Part shown: positions 9,261-23,167 of the stretch, piece after piece
Position numbering within the stretch: position 1 is the first letter of the stretch
Layout of the letters: every line of letters starts with the position of its first letter
Source: an uncultured Pelagibacteraceae bacterium
GTDB lineage: Bacteria; Pseudomonadota; Alphaproteobacteria; Pelagibacterales; Pelagibacteraceae
Reading direction: 5' to 3'
DNA: 64,000 nucleotides
NCBI GenBank assembly: GCA_902619665.1
Contig: CACNFB010000003.1
Coordinates: 13,527-77,526, forward strand
Program-made: the position numbers and the translations under genes
Notes under the pieces: model-generated
What the model saw: only the letters and a program-made list of their open reading frames with translations
Told to the model about the DNA's origin: nothing
The model's database searches: none

Positions 9261-11033
9261 TTAATTAATATTTTGCTCTTTTTTAAGCCTTCTAATTTCA
9301 TCAAAAGTGTTTTGATTGAAATCTTCTGCAAATTTTGATTCTAGCTCTTGTATTCTCAATTCAAGATCATGAGTTTTTAGGTCTTTTTTGATATCCTCAA
9401 GAATTTCAATAATTTTTGAATGATTTTCGTCGTTATCTTTAACTATATGTTTAACAGTAGCAAACTTGTTAATATTATCTAAAAATTTTTTATCTATACC
9501 TAAATTGTTATAATTACCACTTTTTAAAGATTCATTAATTAATTGAAAAATAATTTTATTTTCTTGAGAAAAAAAGGACAAATTATCTAAGAGATCTAAA
9601 CGATGATAAAAAAAATCCAAATTATTTAAAATTATGTAAATTAAAGAAAACTCTTTTATTTCAATTGAAGAAAATTTTTGTGTTTGTTTATAAATATTTT
9701 TTGTAATTTCAAGAGATTTTGCATTCTTTGACTTATAATTTCTGTAATTATAACTAATATTAGATGGAAGTAAATTCGATAACTGATCTAAAAAATATCC
9801 TAAAACATATTTTTTAACTACACTATCCAAAATGGAATTACCTAAGTTTGTCAATTTTTTCTCCATCATTGCAAGTTCAGTTGGTGTTTTTTTAGAATTA
9901 TTTAAGTAGTGGTTATAAATAAACTTGTGTATTTGTATCTTGTTATCATCAGAATATTTTAAAAATTGCTCTTTCCCCTGTTTTTTTACAAAGCTGTCTG
10001 GGTCTTCTCCATCAGGTAAAAATAAAAATGAAATTTGTTTTTCAGGTTGTAAAAATTTAAGAGAATTTTCAGCTGCTCTTAATGCTGCTTTGTAACCACT
10101 GTCATCTCCATCAAAACAAATAATAATTTCAGAAAAAAATTGCCCTAATAATAAAATTTGCTTACTAGTGAGCGCGGTACCAAGATTTGCAACACAATTT
10201 GATATTTGATTATTATATAAACTTATTACATCCATATATCCTTCAACTAAATACACTTCATTATTTTTATTTGAAACTTTTCTTGCTTTATTTAAGTTAT
10301 AAAGATTATTTCCTTTTTTAAAAAAATTTGTCTCAGGAGAATTTACATATTTTGCTAATTTATTATTATCCTCAATTATACGGCCTCCAATAGCTATTGG
10401 CTTACCAGTTAATGAATAAATTGGAAATATTAGTCTTCCTCTAAATCTATCAACATATTCATTTTTTCTTTCATCTAAATAAAATAAACCAGATTCTTTT
10501 AAACTTTTTTCCTCAAATTGACTGTTCAAATCCAAAAATGTGTTTAAGCCAAATGGTACATAACCCAAATTAAATTCTTCAACTGATTTATTATCTAAGT
10601 TTCTTTTTTTTAAATAATCTAAAACTTTTTTATTTGCTATGTTTGATGCAATCATATTTTTTTTGTTTCTCTCTATATAAGTGGAATAAATCTGTGTATA
10701 TATATTCCACTCTTTTTCTCTTTGTTCATCTTGTTTAGTAAATCTATAAGGTTGTAATCCAGCTTGATTTGCCAAACTCCTAACTGCTTCTCCAAATTTT
10801 AAATTTTGGGTTTTCATTAAAAAATCAAATATATTTCCGTGTTCTCCGGTGCTAAAACAATGATAAAAGCCTTTTTCATCATTAATTGTAAATGAAGGTG
10901 TTTTTTCATTTTTAAAAGGTGACAGTCCAACAAATTCTTTGCCTCTTTTTTTAATTGCTACAAATTTAGATATTACTGTAGAAACTTTTAATCTTGATTT
11001 TATTTCCTCTAAATATTCTTTTGGGTATTTCAT
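9261..11033 (-). CDS. dnaG: DNA primase
   Basis: EKTPSF, RFRGRLIFPI, KYVNSPET, VEGYMDV and FDGD TOPRIM motifs; upstream of rpoD. Confidence 0.97.
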   Translation of the reverse strand: MKYPKEYLEEIKSRLKVSTVISKFVAIKKRGKEFVGLSPFKNEKTPSFTINDEKGFYHCFSTGEHGNIFDFLMKTQNLKFGEAVRSLANQAGLQPYRFTKQDEQREKEWNIYTQIYSTYIERNKKNMIASNIANKKVLDYLKKRNLDNKSVEEFNLGYVPFGLNTFLDLNSQFEEKSLKESGLFYLDERKNEYVDRFRGRLIFPIYSLTGKPIAIGGRIIEDNNKLAKYVNSPETNFFKKGNNLYNLNKARKVSNKNNEVYLVEGYMDVISLYNNQISNCVANLGTALTSKQILLLGQFFSEIIICFDGDDSGYKAALRAAENSLKFLQPEKQISFLFLPDGEDPDSFVKKQGKEQFLKYSDDNKIQIHKFIYNHYLNNSKKTPTELAMMEKKLTNLGNSILDSVVKKYVLGYFLDQLSNLLPSNISYNYRNYKSKNAKSLEITKNIYKQTQKFSSIEIKEFSLIYIILNNLDFFYHRLDLLDNLSFFSQENKIIFQLINESLKSGNYNNLGIDKKFLDNINKFATVKHIVKDNDENHSKIIEILEDIKKDLKTHDLELRIQELESKFAEDFNQNTFDEIRRLKKEQNIN

Positions 11034-11043
11034 ATTAATCCAA

Positions 11044-11505
11044 TCATTTATTTAAAATCTCTTTTAAAACTTTGCCAGCTAAAGAAAAATCTAGTGTATC
11101 GGAATATTTTTTTTTTAACTCTCCCATCACCTTGCCCATATCTTTTATTGATGATGCTTTTGTAGAGCTTATTACATCGCTACAGATTTTCTTTGTTTCT
11201 TCCTCGCTCATTTGTTTTGGTAAGTAGCTTGATAAAATTTCTTGTTCTTGTTTTTCGATTTGAAGCAGGTCATCTCTATTATTTTTCTTATAAACTTCAA
11301 TTGATTCGACTCTTTGTTTAATCATTTTCTTCAACATTTTTTTAACATCATCATCATCAGTCTCTTTTTTTTGAGGTCCTGATCTATTGATAATATCTAA
11401 CTCCTTAATGCCAGATAATATTAACCTGTAAGTTGATATTTTTATTTTATCTTTTGATTTAAGTGAATTTTTATAGTCTAAATCAATCTTGTCTCTAATA
11501 GCCAT
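11044..11505 (-). CDS. GatB/YqeY domain protein
   Basis: KQRVESIEVY, SYLPKQMSEEE and KDMGKVMG YqeY motifs; ATG at 11505 preferred as start. Confidence 0.88.
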   Translation of the reverse strand: MAIRDKIDLDYKNSLKSKDKIKISTYRLILSGIKELDIINRSGPQKKETDDDDVKKMLKKMIKQRVESIEVYKKNNRDDLLQIEKQEQEILSSYLPKQMSEEETKKICSDVISSTKASSIKDMGKVMGELKKKYSDTLDFSLAGKVLKEILNK

Positions 11506-11631
11506 GATCACAAACTTACTTTTAAAGAGAAATTTCTTCAAAAGAAAAAATAATTTTTTTTAGAATTTTCCATTAGATATGTTGCGGAAAAAAGGGTTTT
11601 ATTGTATTAACCTTTAACTCATGAGTTGTAA

Positions 11632-12825
11632 TTGACATCAAAACAGAAAAACAAAACTTCAAATTTTTCTAATTTAAGCCCAGCCATTTTAGTTCTTGAA
11701 AATAAGTCAATATTTAAAGGCATCGGATTAGGTTATCAAGGAGAGGTGACTGGGGAAGTTTGTTTTAATACTTCGTTAACAGGTTATCAAGAAATTATAT
11801 CTGATCCATCATATGCTGGACAAATAATTAATTTTACCTTTCCTCACATAGGTAATGTTGGAACTAACAACGAGGATATTGAGTCTGACAAAATTTGGAC
11901 TAGAGGTGTGATATTTAACTCTGAAATAACAAGTCCTTCAAATTATAGATCTCTTCAAAATTTAGATAAGTGGCTAAAAAAAAATAAGATAGTTGGAATA
12001 ACCGGATTGGATACTAGAGGCTTAACAAATTTTATTAGGGATAGGGGAGCACCTAAAGGCACAATAGCAAATTTTAAAGACGGAAAGTTCAATATAAGTA
12101 AGTTAATAAAAAAGTCGATAAATTGGCCTGGGTTAAAAGGTATGGATCTTGCTAAAGAAGTCACAACACCAAAAACTTATACCTGGAAAGGATTAAAAAC
12201 TTGGAAAAAAATTAAAGGATTTGAAAAAAATAAAAAAAGAAAATTCAAGATTGTTGCAATAGATTTTGGAATAAAGAAAAATATACTTAGATATTTTTCT
12301 AATTATGATTGTGAAGTTAAAGTAGTCTCATGTAAAAAAAAATCAGATGAAATTTTTAAATTAAAACCCCATGGTGTTTTTTTATCAAATGGTCCAGGAG
12401 ATCCAGCTGCAACTGGAAAATATGCAATTAACGTTGTAAAAAGTCTAATACAAAGTGGTGTACCTTTGTTTGGTATTTGTTTGGGTCATCAAATATTAGC
12501 CCTTGCTTTAAACGCAAAAACAAGAAAAATGAAATTAGGGCATAGAGGTGCTAACCATCCTGTAAAAAATTTATTAACTAATAAAGTTGAGATAACTAGT
12601 CAAAATCATGGATTTGAGGTAATTAAGGAAAGCCTGAAGAAAAATACTGAGATAACTCACTTATCATTATTTGACAATTCTATTGAAGGTATAAGATTGA
12701 AAAATAAACCAGTTTTTTCTGTTCAATACCATCCTGAGGCAAACCCTGGTCCCCAAGATAGCAAATATTTGTTTAGTCATTTCATGGAAGATGTAAAAAA
12801 ATATGCCAAAAAGAAAAGATATTAA
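11632..12825 (+). CDS. carA: Carbamoyl-phosphate synthase small subunit
   Basis: [28 protein letters not shown] and QYHPEA. Confidence 0.98.
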   Translation: MTSKQKNKTSNFSNLSPAILVLENKSIFKGIGLGYQGEVTGEVCFNTSLTGYQEIISDPSYAGQIINFTFPHIGNVGTNNEDIESDKIWTRGVIFNSEITSPSNYRSLQNLDKWLKKNKIVGITGLDTRGLTNFIRDRGAPKGTIANFKDGKFNISKLIKKSINWPGLKGMDLAKEVTTPKTYTWKGLKTWKKIKGFEKNKKRKFKIVAIDFGIKKNILRYFSNYDCEVKVVSCKKKSDEIFKLKPHGVFLSNGPGDPAATGKYAINVVKSLIQSGVPLFGICLGHQILALALNAKTRKMKLGHRGANHPVKNLLTNKVEITSQNHGFEVIKESLKKNTEITHLSLFDNSIEGIRLKNKPVFSVQYHPEANPGPQDSKYLFSHFMEDVKKYAKKKRY

Positions 12826-15800
12826 AAAAATATTAGTTATTGGAGCTGGCCCAATAATTATTGGTCAAGCATGCGAGTTTGATTATTCTGGTACACAAGC
12901 TTGTAAAGCTCTCAAAGATGAAGGCTATAAAGTAATATTAATTAATTCCAATCCCGCAACAATTATGACTGATCCTGGTGTTGCAGACAAAACCTATATT
13001 GAGCCCATATCATTAGAAGTACTAGAGGAGGTTATCAAAAAAGAAAAACCTGATGCAATTTTGCCAACTATGGGTGGGCAGACTGCATTAAATCTAGCAA
13101 TAAATTCTGAAAAAATTGGTTTGTTAAAAAGATATAAAATTGAACTTATAGGGGCAAATTCAAAAGCAATCGCTAATGCAGAAGATAGAAAGAAATTTAG
13201 AAAAAATATGTCTGAAATTGGTTTAGACTTACCAAAGTCTGAAATATTAAATAATTTTTCAAATTCAAAAAAATGCCTGAAAAAGATCGGTCTACCAGCA
13301 ATAATTAGACCCTCATTTACCTTAGGTGGTTTAGGCGGTGGAATTGCAAGAACAAAAAAAGATTTTTTTAAAATTGTAAAAGAAGGTATGAGAGAGTCGC
13401 CACAAAATCAAGTTTTAGTGGAGGAATGTCTCGACGGATGGAAAGAGTTTGAAATGGAAGTAGTCAGAGATAAAAATGACAATTGTATAATAATTTGTTC
13501 AATTGAGAATGTTGATCCGATGGGGATTCACACAGGCGACTCAGTAACAATAGCGCCAGCCTTAACACTAACTGATAAAGAATACCAAGTAATGAGAAAT
13601 GCATCTATTGCATGTCTAAGAAAAATCGGTGTTGAAACTGGTGGTTCTAATGTTCAATTCGCAATTAATCCTAAAAATGGAAGAATGGTAATAATTGAAA
13701 TGAATCCAAGAGTTTCAAGATCATCAGCTTTAGCATCTAAAGCTACAGGTTTTCCAATTGCTAAAGTTGCTGCGAAGTTAGCTGTAGGTTACACATTAGA
13801 TGAACTTCAAAATGAAATTACAAAAGTAACACCAGCCTCTTTTGAACCAACTATAGACTACGTGGTTACAAAAATTCCTAGATTTACTTTTGAAAAATTT
13901 TCAGACACAGATGCAATTTTAGGCACATCTATGAGATCCGTGGGTGAAGCAATGGCAATTGGAAGAAATTTTAAAGAGTCGTTACAAAAAGCTCTTGTAT
14001 CTCTTGAAATTGGATTAACAGGATTAGATGATATATTTAATTATAATAAAAAAGAGATTTTAAAAAAATTAAAAATTAATATTCCTAACAAATTACTTCT
14101 TGTTGCTGAAGCTTTTAGAAAAAAAATTTCAATAAATACGATTTATAAATTATCTAAAGTTGACCCTTGGTTTTTAAATCAAATTAAAGAATTAGTTGAG
14201 GAAGAAAATAAATTAGCTTTAAAAGGTTTACCAAAGAAATTTGGGGAATTTAATAGAATAAAATCTATAGGATTTTCTGATAAAAAAATTTCTAAAATAG
14301 TTGGAATAAACGAAAAAATAGTAAAATTAAAAAGAAAGGCTTTAAAAGTTTTACCAGTGTATAAAAAAGTTGATACCTGCGCAGCAGAATTCAAGTCTTT
14401 TACTCCCTATATGTATTCAACTTATCAAAGAAATTTTTCTTTTAAGATTGAGTGTGAATCTCAACCAACAAATAAAAAGAAAATTATAATTCTTGGAGGG
14501 GGTCCTAATAGAATTGGTCAAGGAATAGAATTTGATTATTGCTGTTGTCAAGCTAGCTTTTCTCTGAAAGAAGCTGGATATGAAACAATCATGATCAATT
14601 GTAATCCCGAAACAGTTTCTACAGATTACGACACGAGTGATAGATTATATTTTGAACCTTTGATTGAAGAATATGTTGAAAATATAATTTTAAAAGAAAA
14701 ATCAAAAGGTAATCTCTTAGGTATAATTGCGCAATTTGGTGGCCAAACTCCTATTAAACTAGCAAAATTTTTACATGATAATAAATTACCAATTCTAGGA
14801 ACTCAATATACTTCAATTGATTTAGCAGAAGATAGAGATAGATTTAGAGAACTACTTATCAAATTAAAACTTAAGCAAGCAGAAAGTGGTATCGCGTATA
14901 GATTTGACCAAGCAATCAAAGTTTCTGAAAAAATTGGCTTACCTGTTGTCGTTAGACCGTCTTATGTTTTAGGAGGAAGAGCTATGGAAATTGTTCACGA
15001 TAAAAGCCAATTAAAACAATTTATAAATGAGGCTTTTAAAGCATCAGAAAAAAATCCAATTTTAATTGATAAATTTATTGATAATGCAATGGAAGTGGAC
15101 GTTGATGCCATCTCCGATGGAAAAGACGTTTATGTTGCTGGTATAATGCAACACATTGAAGAGGCAGGGATACACTCGGGTGACTCTGCTTGTTGCTTGC
15201 CACCCGTATCCATAAAAGCAAATATTTTAAAAGAATTAAAAGTTCAAACTAGAAAGCTGGCATTAGCTTTAAAAGTTAAAGGATTATTGAATATACAATT
15301 TGCTATAAAAAATGATGAAATTTATGTAATTGAAGTTAATCCAAGAGCTAGTAGAACTGTACCTTTTGTCTCTAAAGCTAATGGTATACCGCTTGCGAAA
15401 ATTGCATCAAGAATAATGTCAGGTGAAAAATTAAATAAATATAAATTAAAATATAAAACAAATAAAAAATTTGCTGTAAAAGAAGCAGTTTTTCCTTTTA
15501 ATAAATTTCCTGATAGCGATGTATTATTAGGACCAGAGATGAAATCAACTGGAGAAGTTATGGGTTTTGATGAAGATTTTGGAATGGCCGTAGCAAAAAG
15601 TCAAATAGCTGCTTCAAATTCTTTGCCGGTAAAAGGAATGGCTTTTTTGTCAGTCAAAGACTCTCATAAGCAGGAAATTGTTGGTGTAGCTCAAAGATTG
15701 ATTAAACTTGGATTCACTCTTTCAGCTACAAAAGGAACTTCGGATATCATTAAACAGAATGGAATGAAATGTAGAAAAATTAATAAAGTAAGTAGTGGGA

Positions 15801-16027
15801 GACCTCATATAGTCGATGTTTTAAATTCAAAAAAAATCTCTCTTGTAATAAATACTGGAGGTGGAAACTCAGAACATAGAATTAACGACGCCAGAGCTTT
15901 AAGAAGAGGGGCATTGGCAAATAAAATTCCTTATTGTACAAATATGTCTACCGCTTATTCTTTTATTGAGGCGATAAAATCTTTGAAAACTACTAGACTA
16001 AAAGTCCAATCTTTACAGGATAATTAG
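12803..16027 (+). CDS. carB: Carbamoyl-phosphate synthase large subunit
   Basis: [28 protein letters not shown], duplicated ATP-grasp domains, C-terminal MGS domain. Confidence 0.99.
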   Translation: MPKRKDIKKILVIGAGPIIIGQACEFDYSGTQACKALKDEGYKVILINSNPATIMTDPGVADKTYIEPISLEVLEEVIKKEKPDAILPTMGGQTALNLAINSEKIGLLKRYKIELIGANSKAIANAEDRKKFRKNMSEIGLDLPKSEILNNFSNSKKCLKKIGLPAIIRPSFTLGGLGGGIARTKKDFFKIVKEGMRESPQNQVLVEECLDGWKEFEMEVVRDKNDNCIIICSIENVDPMGIHTGDSVTIAPALTLTDKEYQVMRNASIACLRKIGVETGGSNVQFAINPKNGRMVIIEMNPRVSRSSALASKATGFPIAKVAAKLAVGYTLDELQNEITKVTPASFEPTIDYVVTKIPRFTFEKFSDTDAILGTSMRSVGEAMAIGRNFKESLQKALVSLEIGLTGLDDIFNYNKKEILKKLKINIPNKLLLVAEAFRKKISINTIYKLSKVDPWFLNQIKELVEEENKLALKGLPKKFGEFNRIKSIGFSDKKISKIVGINEKIVKLKRKALKVLPVYKKVDTCAAEFKSFTPYMYSTYQRNFSFKIECESQPTNKKKIIILGGGPNRIGQGIEFDYCCCQASFSLKEAGYETIMINCNPETVSTDYDTSDRLYFEPLIEEYVENIILKEKSKGNLLGIIAQFGGQTPIKLAKFLHDNKLPILGTQYTSIDLAEDRDRFRELLIKLKLKQAESGIAYRFDQAIKVSEKIGLPVVVRPSYVLGGRAMEIVHDKSQLKQFINEAFKASEKNPILIDKFIDNAMEVDVDAISDGKDVYVAGIMQHIEEAGIHSGDSACCLPPVSIKANILKELKVQTRKLALALKVKGLLNIQFAIKNDEIYVIEVNPRASRTVPFVSKANGIPLAKIASRIMSGEKLNKYKLKYKTNKKFAVKEAVFPFNKFPDSDVLLGPEMKSTGEVMGFDEDFGMAVAKSQIAASNSLPVKGMAFLSVKDSHKQEIVGVAQRLIKLGFTLSATKGTSDIIKQNGMKCRKINKVSSGRPHIVDVLNSKKISLVINTGGGNSEHRINDARALRRGALANKIPYCTNMSTAYSFIEAIKSLKTTRLKVQSLQDN

Positions 16028-16031
16028 ATCT

Positions 16032-16694
16032 TTAATTTACTTTCCAGTCTGTCTTAAAGGTAACATAGTTGACCTGAAGACATCTTCTTTCTTTTACAAT
16101 CTCTTTTTTTTCCATACCATGCCATGTATTTGGGCCACTAGAAAAAAAATATCCATAATTATCTCTATATGGAACGGTTTTGGTCAGTTTAAGGTCTTTG
16201 TTATAAAAGTCAGTGCCAAGGTCCTCGCTTTCATTTTCTTTATTAACGAATAACAAGCATGACATTAATTTTTCTTTTATGTCACAATGTGGTTTTAACC
16301 AGAAACCTTTCCTGTCACATATAACCTCAACTCTTACGTAAGAGTTGGTTAGATCCTTATTAATTAATTTAGATATCTTATTATGTGTTTCTTTGTTCTG
16401 AAGCTCTTCAATTAAGCTTTTTAATGCTGGAAAATTTTTTTCATTCTCTTTAGTTATAAAACATCTGAATTTTAAAGCTTTCCCCCCATCTGTTATACCC
16501 TCTCTAAATTCACCCTGACCACCATCAATTGCTCTTGTTCCGTCATAATTAATGTTGTGTTCAATTGGGTTATCTATCTCTGCTTTTATAATTTCTTTTA
16601 TTTGATCATCAGTAAGAGGTTTGTTTAGCTCCCAGTGATCAAAGGGTTCACTGAACTTTGAGGAATTATTATCTAATGATTTTAAAAATGACAT
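16032..16694 (-). CDS. 2OG-Fe(II) oxygenase-like protein
   Basis: Facial triad pattern H-x-D (WLKPHCD) ... H (TWHG) and a distal R-x-x-L-Q-V-N-Y. Confidence 0.7.
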   Translation of the reverse strand: MSFLKSLDNNSSKFSEPFDHWELNKPLTDDQIKEIIKAEIDNPIEHNINYDGTRAIDGGQGEFREGITDGGKALKFRCFITKENEKNFPALKSLIEELQNKETHNKISKLINKDLTNSYVRVEVICDRKGFWLKPHCDIKEKLMSCLLFVNKENESEDLGTDFYNKDLKLTKTVPYRDNYGYFFSSGPNTWHGMEKKEIVKERRCLQVNYVTFKTDWKVN

Positions 16695-16695
16695 T

Positions 16696-17631
16696 TTATA
16701 ATTTTTTTTTTAGTTCATATGCTATTCTTTTAGTTTCATCAAGTTTTTCATACTCCCAGTACTCTAATTTGCCATCAAATTCTCTTATGACATTCATTCT
16801 TTCAAATAATTTTCTAAATTTTTGAAATCTAGTATCTTTTTTAGAAGGAGGTATCATTGCTACATATAAAGGTTTGCCAGTTAAAGCCGCTTCAGAAATC
16901 ATTGAGCTAGAATCGCAGGTAACAATTATATAATCCGCAATTCCGAGAGATGATAAATATGCATCTTTATCAACTTTATCAATAATTAGATGTTCTTTAG
17001 TAAAGAATTTTTTTGCAAGATCTATTGTTTTAGACGGTGTTCTGTTTGAAGGTATTACTATTACCTGAAAATTATTATTAAAAACTTGTTTGCTAATTTT
17101 TGAAAAAATATTTAGTAAGTTTTGGTTTGAATACGCATAATATTTAGTTGGACCACCCAGAATCAAAGTGATAATTTTTTTTTCATTTGATATTTTTTCT
17201 AACAAATAATTTTTTTTCTCATTAATTTCCTCAGAAGTTAAATAGTGAATTGCCCCTTTTGAACTTAGGATATTATCACCTTTTAAATCATCATGTTCGG
17301 GGGAAATAATATAATCGAAATTTTTAAAATTGACTTTTGGATCTTGGACATGAATGTTTTTTATTTTTTTGCTATTGATTTTTTTTAGAAATATTGATGG
17401 AATTACACTTTTTCTCCCACATGAGATAATTATATCAAAGTCTCTTTTAATATTATTTTTAAAAACAAACTTTTTAACAGGTGTAAATTTGGGTGGAATT
17501 AATTTCCAAAAACTATTTAATTCAACTTTTTCGTGAAAATAATCTAGATCAAGAGCCTTTGCTAAACCTTCTACCTGACTAATCATGCCATGTAATCCCT
17601 CTGTCAATAATAACCCTTTTAATTTGCCCAT
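16696..17631 (-). CDS. ELM1/GtrOC1 (DUF1022) family putative GT-B glycosyltransferase
   Basis: GMISQVEGLA, IISCGR, HVQDPK, FDYIISPEHD, LILGG, SNRTP and VTCDSSSMISEA motifs. Confidence 0.82.
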   Translation of the reverse strand: MGKLKGLLLTEGLHGMISQVEGLAKALDLDYFHEKVELNSFWKLIPPKFTPVKKFVFKNNIKRDFDIIISCGRKSVIPSIFLKKINSKKIKNIHVQDPKVNFKNFDYIISPEHDDLKGDNILSSKGAIHYLTSEEINEKKNYLLEKISNEKKIITLILGGPTKYYAYSNQNLLNIFSKISKQVFNNNFQVIVIPSNRTPSKTIDLAKKFFTKEHLIIDKVDKDAYLSSLGIADYIIVTCDSSSMISEAALTGKPLYVAMIPPSKKDTRFQKFRKLFERMNVIREFDGKLEYWEYEKLDETKRIAYELKKKL

Positions 17632-17652
17632 TAATTACTATATAGCTTTCAT

Positions 17653-19814
<2,162 letters not shown>

Positions 19815-19833
19815 TTAATACTTTGTTTAATAT

Positions 19834-22008
19834 ATGCAAAATACTTATCAAGATTTAATTTCAGATATACAGAATAAAAATCCAAAGTTTGCTGGGAAAT
19901 TAGAAGGTGGCAAAAAATTTAAAATAAAGTCTGATTTTAAACCCGCAGGAGATCAGCCTGAAGCTATTAAAAAATTAGTTAAGAGTGCAAAAAAGGGAGA
20001 GTTTAATCAAGTGTTATTAGGAGTAACTGGATCTGGGAAAACTTTTACAATGGCTAAAGTTATTGAAGAAACAAATAGACCCGCATTAATTTTAGCACCA
20101 AATAAAACTCTTGCTGCACAGCTTTACGGTGAAATGAAAACTTTTTTTCCTGAAAATGCAGTGGAGTATTTTGTTTCTTATTATGACTACTACACGCCTG
20201 AAGCATACGTGCCAAGATCAGATACATACATAGAAAAGGAAGCATCAATTAATGAACAAATAGACAGAATGAGACACTCGGCAACCAGATCCTTATTGGA
20301 AAGGGACGATGTTTTAATTGTAGCGAGTGTATCTTGTATTTATGGTTTAGGGTCAGTTGAGGCATACAGCAAGATGACTTTAACACTTCAAAGGAATTAT
20401 GATTATAATAGAGATCAAATAATAAAGTCTTTGGTTGCTCTTCAGTATAAAAGAAATGATCAAAATTTTTATAGAGGAACATTTAGAGCACGAGGAGAGT
20501 ATCTTGAGATATTTCCTTCACATCTTGAAGATAGAGCTTGGAGATTAAGTTTATTTGGGGACAAGTTAGAAAAAATAGAGGAATTTGATCCATTGACTGG
20601 AGATCAAGTAAGAGAATTAAATTTAATCAAAGTTTACGCAAATAGCCATTATATAACTCCTAAACCAACTGTTGAACAAGCAGTTATAAATATTAGAAAA
20701 GAATTAGAGATAACATTAAAAAAACATAAATCTGAAAATAAATTACTCGAGGCCCAAAGATTAGAAGAGAGAACTAAGTTCGACTTAGAAATGATAGAGG
20801 CTACAGGATCTTGCGCAGGTATAGAAAATTACTCTAGATTTTTATCAGGTAGAAAGCCAGGGGAACCACCACCAACTCTATTTGAATACTTTCCAGACAA
20901 CACTTTAATTTTTGTTGATGAATCTCATGTAACGGTTCCTCAACTTAACGGAATGTTCAAAGGAGATAGATCAAGAAAAAGTACACTTGCGGAGTATGGT
21001 TTCCGTCTTCCATCTTGTATGGACAATAGACCTTTAAAATTTGAAGAATGGGATTTGATGAGAACTCAAACTATATTTGTTTCTGCAACTCCTGGACCTT
21101 GGGAATTAGAACAGACGAAAGGTAAATTCATAGATCAAGTAATTAGACCAACAGGTTTGATTGATCCAGCGGTAGAGATTAAACCAGCTAAAAATCAAGT
21201 GGACGATTTAATGCATGAGTGTAAAAAAGTTATTGATAAAAATTATAGGGTTTTGGTCACTACTCTAACAAAAAAAATGGCTGAAGATTTAACAGAGTAT
21301 CTTCATGAAAATGGAATTAAAGTAAGATACCTTCATTCAGATATTGATACACTTGAAAGAATAGAGATTATGCGTGATTTGAGGATGGGTGTATTTGATG
21401 TTCTTGTAGGAATAAATCTTTTAAGGGAAGGTCTAGATATACCAGAGTGTGCATTAGTTGGAATTTTAGATGCAGATAAAGAGGGCTTCTTAAGATCAGA
21501 AACATCTTTAATCCAAACTATTGGTCGGGCAGCAAGAAATGTTGATGGTAAAGTAATTCTTTATGCAGATAAAGAGACGAAAAGTATTAAGAAAGCAATA
21601 AAAGAAACTGATAGAAGAAGATCAATTCAAATAGAATACAACAAAAAAAATAATATTGATGCAAAGTCAGTAAAAAAAGAAATTAGTGATATTTTAGAAA
21701 GTGTTTACGAAAAAGATTATGTAAAAATTAGCGAGGGTTCAAATATTGGCGGAAATCTCAAAAAACACCTTAAAGCTCTGGATAAAAAAATGAAGGAGGC
21801 AGCTTCTAATCTTGAGTTTGAGGAAGCAGCAAAAATTCGAGACGAAATCAGAAAGCTAGAAAGCACAGAGCTTGAAATAACTTTAAATCCTAAAATTAGA
21901 CAATATGATGTTAAGAATAAACTATATCCTAAAGGACGTTCCACAATGGGGATGCCTGGAACAAAGGTAACAAAAAAGAAAGAAAAAAAATGGAAGCACA
22001 AAAAATAA
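19834..22008 (+). CDS. uvrB: Excinuclease ABC subunit B
   Basis: [18 protein letters not shown] beta-hairpin, [13 protein letters not shown] and the UVR domain. Confidence 0.99.
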   Translation: MQNTYQDLISDIQNKNPKFAGKLEGGKKFKIKSDFKPAGDQPEAIKKLVKSAKKGEFNQVLLGVTGSGKTFTMAKVIEETNRPALILAPNKTLAAQLYGEMKTFFPENAVEYFVSYYDYYTPEAYVPRSDTYIEKEASINEQIDRMRHSATRSLLERDDVLIVASVSCIYGLGSVEAYSKMTLTLQRNYDYNRDQIIKSLVALQYKRNDQNFYRGTFRARGEYLEIFPSHLEDRAWRLSLFGDKLEKIEEFDPLTGDQVRELNLIKVYANSHYITPKPTVEQAVINIRKELEITLKKHKSENKLLEAQRLEERTKFDLEMIEATGSCAGIENYSRFLSGRKPGEPPPTLFEYFPDNTLIFVDESHVTVPQLNGMFKGDRSRKSTLAEYGFRLPSCMDNRPLKFEEWDLMRTQTIFVSATPGPWELEQTKGKFIDQVIRPTGLIDPAVEIKPAKNQVDDLMHECKKVIDKNYRVLVTTLTKKMAEDLTEYLHENGIKVRYLHSDIDTLERIEIMRDLRMGVFDVLVGINLLREGLDIPECALVGILDADKEGFLRSETSLIQTIGRAARNVDGKVILYADKETKSIKKAIKETDRRRSIQIEYNKKNNIDAKSVKKEISDILESVYEKDYVKISEGSNIGGNLKKHLKALDKKMKEAASNLEFEEAAKIRDEIRKLESTELEITLNPKIRQYDVKNKLYPKGRSTMGMPGTKVTKKKEKKWKHKK

Positions 22009-22745
22009 TTATCACAGGTGGTGCTACCAGGATCGGGGCAGCAATTGCAGAACGATTATCTGGTTTTAAAGTTCAGATTTTAATTCAATATAACAAATCG
22101 AAATCTAAAGCTGAAAATTTAAAAAATAATTTAGAGCAAAAAGGTTCAAAAATTTATTTAATAAAAGCAGACCTGGGAAAAGAAAAAGATGTTTTAAAAA
22201 TAATCAAATTTGCAAAAAAAAATATGGGTTATCCTGATTGTCTTATTAATAATGCCTCTGTATTCGAAAATGATAAAATTGAAAATTTTAATTCAAAAAG
22301 TTGGGATAATCATCTAAATGCAAATTTAAAAGCACCAGCTATTTTATCCAAAGAATTTTCAAAATGTGTAGTTAAAGGCAACAACAATATTATAAACATT
22401 ATTGATCAAAGAGTTTTTAAGCTTACTCCATATTTTTTTTCTTATACCTTAAGCAAAGCTGGTCTTTATACTATGACTAAAACAAGTGCGATGAGTTTTG
22501 CGCCAAGGATAAGAGTTAATGGTATTGCGCCGGGGCCTACGATTAAAAATAAAAGACAATCTTTTGCCCACTTTAAAAAACAGTATCTAGCCACACCGCT
22601 AAGAAGACAGGTAAGTGTTAATGATATTTGTAATGCAGTTGACTTTTTAATTAAAAATAGATCTATTACTGGTCAAGTTTTAGCGCTAGATAGCGGTCAG
22701 AGTTTAAATTGGCAAACTCCTGATGTATTAGGTGGTAAAGAATGA
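21990..22745 (+). CDS. SDR oxidoreductase, FolM/pteridine reductase-like
   Basis: TGGATRIG (Arg-containing PTR-type glycine motif), INNAS and YTLSK. Confidence 0.78.
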   Translation: MEAQKIIITGGATRIGAAIAERLSGFKVQILIQYNKSKSKAENLKNNLEQKGSKIYLIKADLGKEKDVLKIIKFAKKNMGYPDCLINNASVFENDKIENFNSKSWDNHLNANLKAPAILSKEFSKCVVKGNNNIINIIDQRVFKLTPYFFSYTLSKAGLYTMTKTSAMSFAPRIRVNGIAPGPTIKNKRQSFAHFKKQYLATPLRRQVSVNDICNAVDFLIKNRSITGQVLALDSGQSLNWQTPDVLGGKE

Positions 22746-23167
22746 AGAAAAATAATATTGAAGTTTTCAGAATAGATAAAACGAAAAACCTATTTAATTA
22801 CGAAAAAAAAGTTTTAATTAAAGAGCTTATCTTAAATCTAAAATTAGGTTATTATGATTTCGAGAAAGAAAAACCTCAAAAAGTAAAGTTTTCATTAGAA
22901 ATTGATTACAAAGATAAAAAACCATCAAATGATAAAGATTTAAAATCTATAGTAAATTATGCAAAGGTGGTGCGACTTATAAAGAAACTGGTAAAAAATA
23001 AACACTATAATTTCCTAGAAACCCTAGCTGAAGATGTATTTGATGAGATTTTTAAAGATAAAAGAATTGAGAAAATAAATCTTAAAATAGAAAAACTTGA
23101 GATAATGAAGGACTGTTCGTCGGTTGGCATTCAAATTTCAAAAAAGAGAAGTTATGACAAATTCTAA
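22742..23167 (+). CDS. folB: Dihydroneopterin aldolase
   Basis: G...E...[13 protein letters not shown] and KIEK motifs of the FolB family. Confidence 0.8.
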   Translation: MKKNNIEVFRIDKTKNLFNYEKKVLIKELILNLKLGYYDFEKEKPQKVKFSLEIDYKDKKPSNDKDLKSIVNYAKVVRLIKKLVKNKHYNFLETLAEDVFDEIFKDKRIEKINLKIEKLEIMKDCSSVGIQISKKRSYDKF

